Part shown: one piece after another, positions 59,765 to 64,000 of the stretch
Layout: every line of letters begins with the position of its first letter
Position numbering within the stretch: position 1 is the stretch's first letter
Assembly (NCBI GenBank): GCA_902629855.1
Contig: CACOSI010000003.1
Coordinates: 78,721-142,720 of the forward strand
DNA: 64,000 nt
From: an uncultured Fidelibacterota bacterium
GTDB taxonomy: Bacteria; Fidelibacterota; Marinisomatia; Marinisomatales; Marinisomataceae
Direction: 5' to 3'
The notes under the pieces: generated by a model
Database searches by the model: none
The model's input: the letters and a program-made list of their open reading frames with translations, nothing else
Told to the model about the DNA's origin: nothing
Program-made: the position numbers and the translations under genes

Positions 59765-59797
59765 TTAGTTAATTCGTATTTAATTTAAGGAGTAATA

Positions 59798-60241
59798 ATG
59801 ACTAAAATAACACATAAAGGTTTATGGTTTAAATATTCTTCATTAAGCAAAGAAGATAAAAATACATCCAAGAAACTTTTACTATCTGCTATCCTTAGTG
59901 GCTTTTTCTTTGGGCTAACACTTGATAAACAATCCCTTTTAATGTGGTCAGAAATATTTCATCCTTACCTTTTCTATATTTTACCAGCCATTACATTGAT
60001 TGCTGTCATATTTACAATAAAATACTCTTTTAAATTGTATCAAAATCAAGATGAGTTATATAAAAAATATCATGATTTTTCATTAATGTCAGGTTTTATG
60101 GGCTTTGCTATTTTTGGTCTATTACTAAGTTATATATCTATTTTCGTTGATTACCAACCACAATTTATGGATTATGTTTTATGCTCTATTTTAGGAATGG
60201 GTATTGGTCAAATGTATTTTTATAAAAAATTCTATGAATAA
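59798..60241 (+). CDS. 4-TM membrane protein paired with an XRE regulator
   Basis: Hydrophobic segments, QDEL motif, AAGGAG RBS. Confidence 0.7.
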   Translation: MTKITHKGLWFKYSSLSKEDKNTSKKLLLSAILSGFFFGLTLDKQSLLMWSEIFHPYLFYILPAITLIAVIFTIKYSFKLYQNQDELYKKYHDFSLMSGFMGFAIFGLLLSYISIFVDYQPQFMDYVLCSILGMGIGQMYFYKKFYE

Positions 60242-60438
60242 TGAAAAACAATATTAAAAAACTAAGAAATGAAATGAAGATCAGTCAAAAAGATTTGGCT
60301 GAATCCTTGAGCGTAAGTCGACAAACAATAAATTCTATTGAAACAGGAAAGTTTGATCCTTCATTAACTTTAACTATTAAAATTATACGTTTTTTTAAAA
60401 AAGATATTCAGGAAATATTTATATTTGATGATGAGTAA
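60241..60438 (+). CDS. XRE/Cro helix-turn-helix regulator
   Basis: SQKDLAESLSVSRQTINSIETGKFDPSL. Confidence 0.93.
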   Translation: MKNNIKKLRNEMKISQKDLAESLSVSRQTINSIETGKFDPSLTLTIKIIRFFKKDIQEIFIFDDE

Positions 60439-60838
60439 GTTTTTAATACCTATAATTTTTCTAGCAAATATTCTCAATGGACAAACTGCAACAAGTAATG
60501 GATTAGAATTTAATGCTTTTCATCGAAATACTGATACAAGAACTTACACAGAATATTATGATGACAAGCAAATTAACATAAAAATGATTCGAACCGTAAA
60601 AGGTAGAATGAATCACGGACCTTATAAAGATTTTTATGAAAGTGGTCAAATAAGAACGGATGCAAATTATTACAATGGTGAATTTCATGGTCCATACACT
60701 TTTTATCATGAAAATGGAAAAGTTTACGTTCAAGTTGAATATAAAAAGGGGGATCTAAGTGGAGATGTTGCATTTTATGATGAAAATGGAAAGCTTATTG
60801 AGACCATTAAATACAAAAACGGAAAACCAATAAAGTAA
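60428..60838 (+). CDS. exported MORN-variant repeat protein
   Basis: HGPYKDFYESGQ, HGPYTFYHENGK, FYDENGK repeats; signal peptide. Confidence 0.8.
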   Translation: MMSKFLIPIIFLANILNGQTATSNGLEFNAFHRNTDTRTYTEYYDDKQINIKMIRTVKGRMNHGPYKDFYESGQIRTDANYYNGEFHGPYTFYHENGKVYVQVEYKKGDLSGDVAFYDENGKLIETIKYKNGKPIK

Positions 60839-60848
60839 GGAAAATCAA

Positions 60849-61742
60849 ATGGAACCAAGAATAAAAAATGGATTTGTAAGAGCACTAATTTTTATGCCAA
60901 TGTGGCTAATAATTATGGGTATTGTTCAATCAATTGGAGTTGTACTAATAATGGTAATATCTGGGGTTGATATGGCAAATCCTGATTCTGCTGAAGCTTT
61001 ATTTGGGGATTATAGTTTTGATTCACCAACAATGTTAATTTTAACAGCGTTTTCACTTCTTGGAAGTTTTGCAGCTTTGTGGACTGCAACCAAGTTTATT
61101 GATCGAAAGCCTTTAATGTCTATAGGATTATCTGTGAAAGACAAAGCTAATGAAATGTTTGTGGGTTTAGGCTTCGCTTTAGTATTTATTGGAGGTTTAT
61201 TTTTAATCTTGTGGGCCGCAGGTGCAATTGCTTTTACAGGGTATGTTGGACTAAAGCCTGGAGTTCTTATTGTTAGTATGATGTTATTTATGGCTGCATT
61301 TGATGAAGAGCTAATTTTTAGAGGTTACATCCTTAATAATATGATGGACTCAACAAGCAATAGATGGGTTGCGCTGGCTGGATCATCGTTATTATTTGCA
61401 TTATTACATTCAGGTAATCCAAGTGTATGGAGCACTTGGGTTCCAATGACTGAATTATTTGCAGCAGGATTTATTTTAGGAATCAGTTATACATTCACAA
61501 AAAATTTGTGGTTTCCAACATTTTTTCACTTTGGATGGAATTTTTTTCAAGGACTTTTTGGTTTTGAAATAAGTGGAATTAATGTTGATTCTTGGAAAAT
61601 GATTAGCCATGAAAATACAGGCAATGTTCCTGATGTTGTTTCAGGAGGTGCTTTTGGTATTGAAGGCTCTGTAATTACTTTGTCATGTACCATAATTTGT
61701 ACTTATTTTATCTTTAAGTACTATAATGAACTCGAAAAATAA
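60849..61742 (+). CDS. CPBP (Abi) intramembrane metalloprotease
   Basis: EELIFRG, FALLH, HFGWN, GGAFGIEGS. Confidence 0.9.
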   Translation: MEPRIKNGFVRALIFMPMWLIIMGIVQSIGVVLIMVISGVDMANPDSAEALFGDYSFDSPTMLILTAFSLLGSFAALWTATKFIDRKPLMSIGLSVKDKANEMFVGLGFALVFIGGLFLILWAAGAIAFTGYVGLKPGVLIVSMMLFMAAFDEELIFRGYILNNMMDSTSNRWVALAGSSLLFALLHSGNPSVWSTWVPMTELFAAGFILGISYTFTKNLWFPTFFHFGWNFFQGLFGFEISGINVDSWKMISHENTGNVPDVVSGGAFGIEGSVITLSCTIICTYFIFKYYNELEK

Positions 61743-62298
61743 AATATTTTCACTTTGCATTGCACTTACTTGCTTTGTATTGGCTTATAAGTTTTATCCT
61801 TCAAACAACATACCAGAAGGAATGTTTGAAGACCCTAATACTGGAAAACCAATGTTACTTGGTGAGGTTTTGATTGATGAATTAAAACAAGAACCGTTTT
61901 CAGAATGGTACAATGATGAATTTGATAATTACAATGTAGATTTAGAATTATTATCAGCAATATCAAATCCTGAGCAATATGAATATGAACTTTTTCTTGG
62001 TACCTGGTGCGGAGACAGCAAGAGAGAGGTACCAAGATTAGAAAAGATTTTTAATGCTTTTAATGTACAATTTGAAAAAGTAAAAATTATTGCTGTAGAT
62101 AGAGAAAAAGTTAGCCCAGGAAATGAACAAGAAGGTAAAGATATTCGTTATGTTCCAACATTAATCATTTCTAAAAATAATGTCGAGTTAGGAAGAATAG
62201 TAGAATCCCCATCATCAAAAGAAGCAACATTAGAAAGCGATTTATTTGAAATTTCAGTAGGTATTCCACCATTACCAAATTATTCAGATGAAGATTAG
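61726..62298 (+). CDS. membrane-anchored thioredoxin-like protein (CxxS)
   Basis: GTWCGDS, YVPT, GRIVE. Confidence 0.8.
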   Translation: MNSKNKIFSLCIALTCFVLAYKFYPSNNIPEGMFEDPNTGKPMLLGEVLIDELKQEPFSEWYNDEFDNYNVDLELLSAISNPEQYEYELFLGTWCGDSKREVPRLEKIFNAFNVQFEKVKIIAVDREKVSPGNEQEGKDIRYVPTLIISKNNVELGRIVESPSSKEATLESDLFEISVGIPPLPNYSDED

Positions 62299-63776
62299 CT
62301 AGTTTTTTCTTGAATAAACTTTTCTGATGCACTAAAAATAAGTTCTTTTCTTTCCGGCTTAAGTCTTTCCAAAGCTCTAGGCATTACGGCCAATCTTGGA
62401 TTAGTTTTAAAATAGTCTAAATTATTTTTAATAAAAGACCAATATAATCCATCCACAATATCACACCAAGGTCCTTTTTTGAAATTACTCATTTTCATCA
62501 TATAGCTTGATCCACAAATATAGGGCTTAGTTGAAAAAATTCCACCATCAGCGAATGTTCCCATTCCATATACATTTGGTACCATAACCCATTCTGATGA
62601 ATCAACAAACATTTCCATAAACCATTTATATATTTCATCAGGGTGAATTCCAGATAAATTCATAACATTTGATATAACCATTAATCTATTAATATGGTGG
62701 GTATATCCATGTTTTAAAGTAAGTTTAATCGCATCATCGAGTGGATCGATACCGGTGGTTCCTTCGTACCAATCATTTGTTAATTTTCTATCGTTTTTGA
62801 AAAAATTTTTACCAATTTGATTTTGACTTCTAGTTTGGTAGACACCTCTAATAAATTCTCTCCAACCCATTATTTGTCTTACAAATCCTTCAACTGAGTT
62901 AATTGAAACATTATTTTTTTTACTGAAACTGATAGCTTTTGTAATTACATCTTTTGGTGTTAATAGACCAATGTTTAATAAAGGACTAATAGCTGAATGG
63001 AATAAAAAGCTATGATGTTCATAAATAGCGTCTTCATAAGGACCAAATAGTTCAAACTTTTCAGAAAAAAAATTATCAAGGTAAATTGTCGCATCTTTTC
63101 TCGAAAATGGCACCCAAAATTGTTCACTTAATTCACCAGGGTGATCATTAAAGTTATCTAGAATAAATTTATTAACTGTTTTGAGATGTTTACTTGAGAA
63201 AGTTCGATTTTTAGGAATTTCAAGCCCTTTTGGAATTTTTTTTCTATTTAATTCATCGTAGTTCCATTGACCACCTAAAGGCTGCCCGTTTTCCATTAAA
63301 ATATCAAGCTCTTTTCTAGTTTTTCTGTAAAAGTTCTCAAGAAGAAGAGTTTTTCTATTTTCCTGATAATCATTGAAATAACCTCTATCATGAATAAACA
63401 TCGGTGTTTCAAGTATTTCAAACTCTAATTTCTGTTCTTTCAGAAAAGAAATAAGCACACTTTCAAAATTTTTATCTTCAATTTCAAAGATGTAAATTTT
63501 ATTAGGTTTGATATTTTCAATACTTTTCTGAAGCTTTGTTACATAAGAATCTTTGAATGCATCATTAAAATCTTTGTATGAAACATTATAACCAGAATTA
63601 CTCATTTCATCTTTATATTCTCTCATTGAGGTCAAAAAGAAGGAAATTTTCTTTTTATGGTGCTTTTCGTATGTACACAGCTCAAAATCTTCACTCATAA
63701 ATATGTCAGTAACATCTTCTGGAAAATAAGATTTATCAAATAATTGATTTCCTAGAACAATCAGTAGAGATTTCAT
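62295..63776 (-). CDS. bacterial cryptochrome/(6-4) photolyase family protein (PhrB/CryB-like, Fe-S-less)
   Basis: LGNQL, HHKKK, GGQWNYDELNR, FGPYEDA, RQIMGWREF, HHINRLM, WVMVPNV, KPY. Confidence 0.9.
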   Translation of the reverse strand: MKSLLIVLGNQLFDKSYFPEDVTDIFMSEDFELCTYEKHHKKKISFFLTSMREYKDEMSNSGYNVSYKDFNDAFKDSYVTKLQKSIENIKPNKIYIFEIEDKNFESVLISFLKEQKLEFEILETPMFIHDRGYFNDYQENRKTLLLENFYRKTRKELDILMENGQPLGGQWNYDELNRKKIPKGLEIPKNRTFSSKHLKTVNKFILDNFNDHPGELSEQFWVPFSRKDATIYLDNFFSEKFELFGPYEDAIYEHHSFLFHSAISPLLNIGLLTPKDVITKAISFSKKNNVSINSVEGFVRQIMGWREFIRGVYQTRSQNQIGKNFFKNDRKLTNDWYEGTTGIDPLDDAIKLTLKHGYTHHINRLMVISNVMNLSGIHPDEIYKWFMEMFVDSSEWVMVPNVYGMGTFADGGIFSTKPYICGSSYMMKMSNFKKGPWCDIVDGLYWSFIKNNLDYFKTNPRLAVMPRALERLKPERKELIFSASEKFIQEKTS

Positions 63777-64000
63777 TTATTGTTGACTTTTTTTGTATTC
63801 TTCAGGTGTGAGTGTTTTCATGGTAAGTGCATGTATTTCACCATGCATATACTCGTCGAGAGCTTTGTATACTAGTTGATGTCTTTTTATTAGGGTCATT
63901 CCTTCAAAATCAGGGCTCACAAGCGTCATACTTAGGTGGTAATTGCCTTCAAAAGTTGCATGATTTTCATGTTGAGCAGTATAGTCATAAACATTGATAT
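63777..64000 (-). CDS. bolA: BolA family protein (5' end outside window)
   Basis: Hand translation: HENH..., VSPDFEGMTLIKRHQLVYKAL, IHALTMKTLTPEE; stop abuts the photolyase ATG. Confidence 0.88.
   Translation of the reverse strand, partial: INVYDYTAQHENHATFEGNYHLSMTLVSPDFEGMTLIKRHQLVYKALDEYMHGEIHALTMKTLTPEEYKKSQQ

Noticed and set aside
60428-60838. YwqK-type antitoxin of a toxin-antitoxin pair
   Set aside because: Only generic MORN-like repeats with a signal peptide; no adjacent toxin.
1112-62035. Many 60-120 aa ORFs nested in or antisense to larger genes (e.g. 4224-4568, 4650-5012, 7795-8130, 49381-49728)
   Set aside because: They overlap well-supported genes, have shadow-like composition and lack recognisable motifs.

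Overview
Very AT-rich, tightly packed bacterial chromosome segment with almost all genes on the + strand and many ATGA/TAATG overlaps. The gene set suggests a streamlined marine FCB-group heterotroph, most likely Marinimicrobia (inference only): PorV-like barrel, GWxTD protein, half glycogen synthase with a DUF4270-like gene, grpE-dnaJ without dnaK, and a photolyase. Contents in order: ogt and two hydrolases; a 10-gene operon covering the whole shikimate pathway plus Phe/Tyr branch enzymes; a block of secreted proteins around tRNA-Ala; tRNA-Gly abutting an integrase fragment with no catalytic domain; smpB, tyrS, trxAB; mreBCD-mrdA-rodA; envelope genes; glyA; a TatT-type TRAP (TPAT) transporter; bamD, nadD, ftsEX, grpE, dnaJ, rsmD, coaD, icd, obgE; tRNA-Ser; and an accessory block ending in an Fe-S-less (6-4)-type photolyase and bolA. 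The main finding is absent from the ORF track: a ribosome-dependent attenuator at 3831-3980. It has a probably leaderless 19-aa peptide MNNFYNFYFYFERRGTVGA (4 Phe + 3 Tyr), an antiterminator and a terminator, and sits ahead of the aromatic operon, whose prephenate dehydratase lacks its feedback ACT domain. Other unlisted elements are two small membrane ORFs and a twin palindromic operator overlapping an XRE-regulator promoter. No CRISPR, rRNA or intact mobile element was seen. Family calls come from motif recognition, not database searches.
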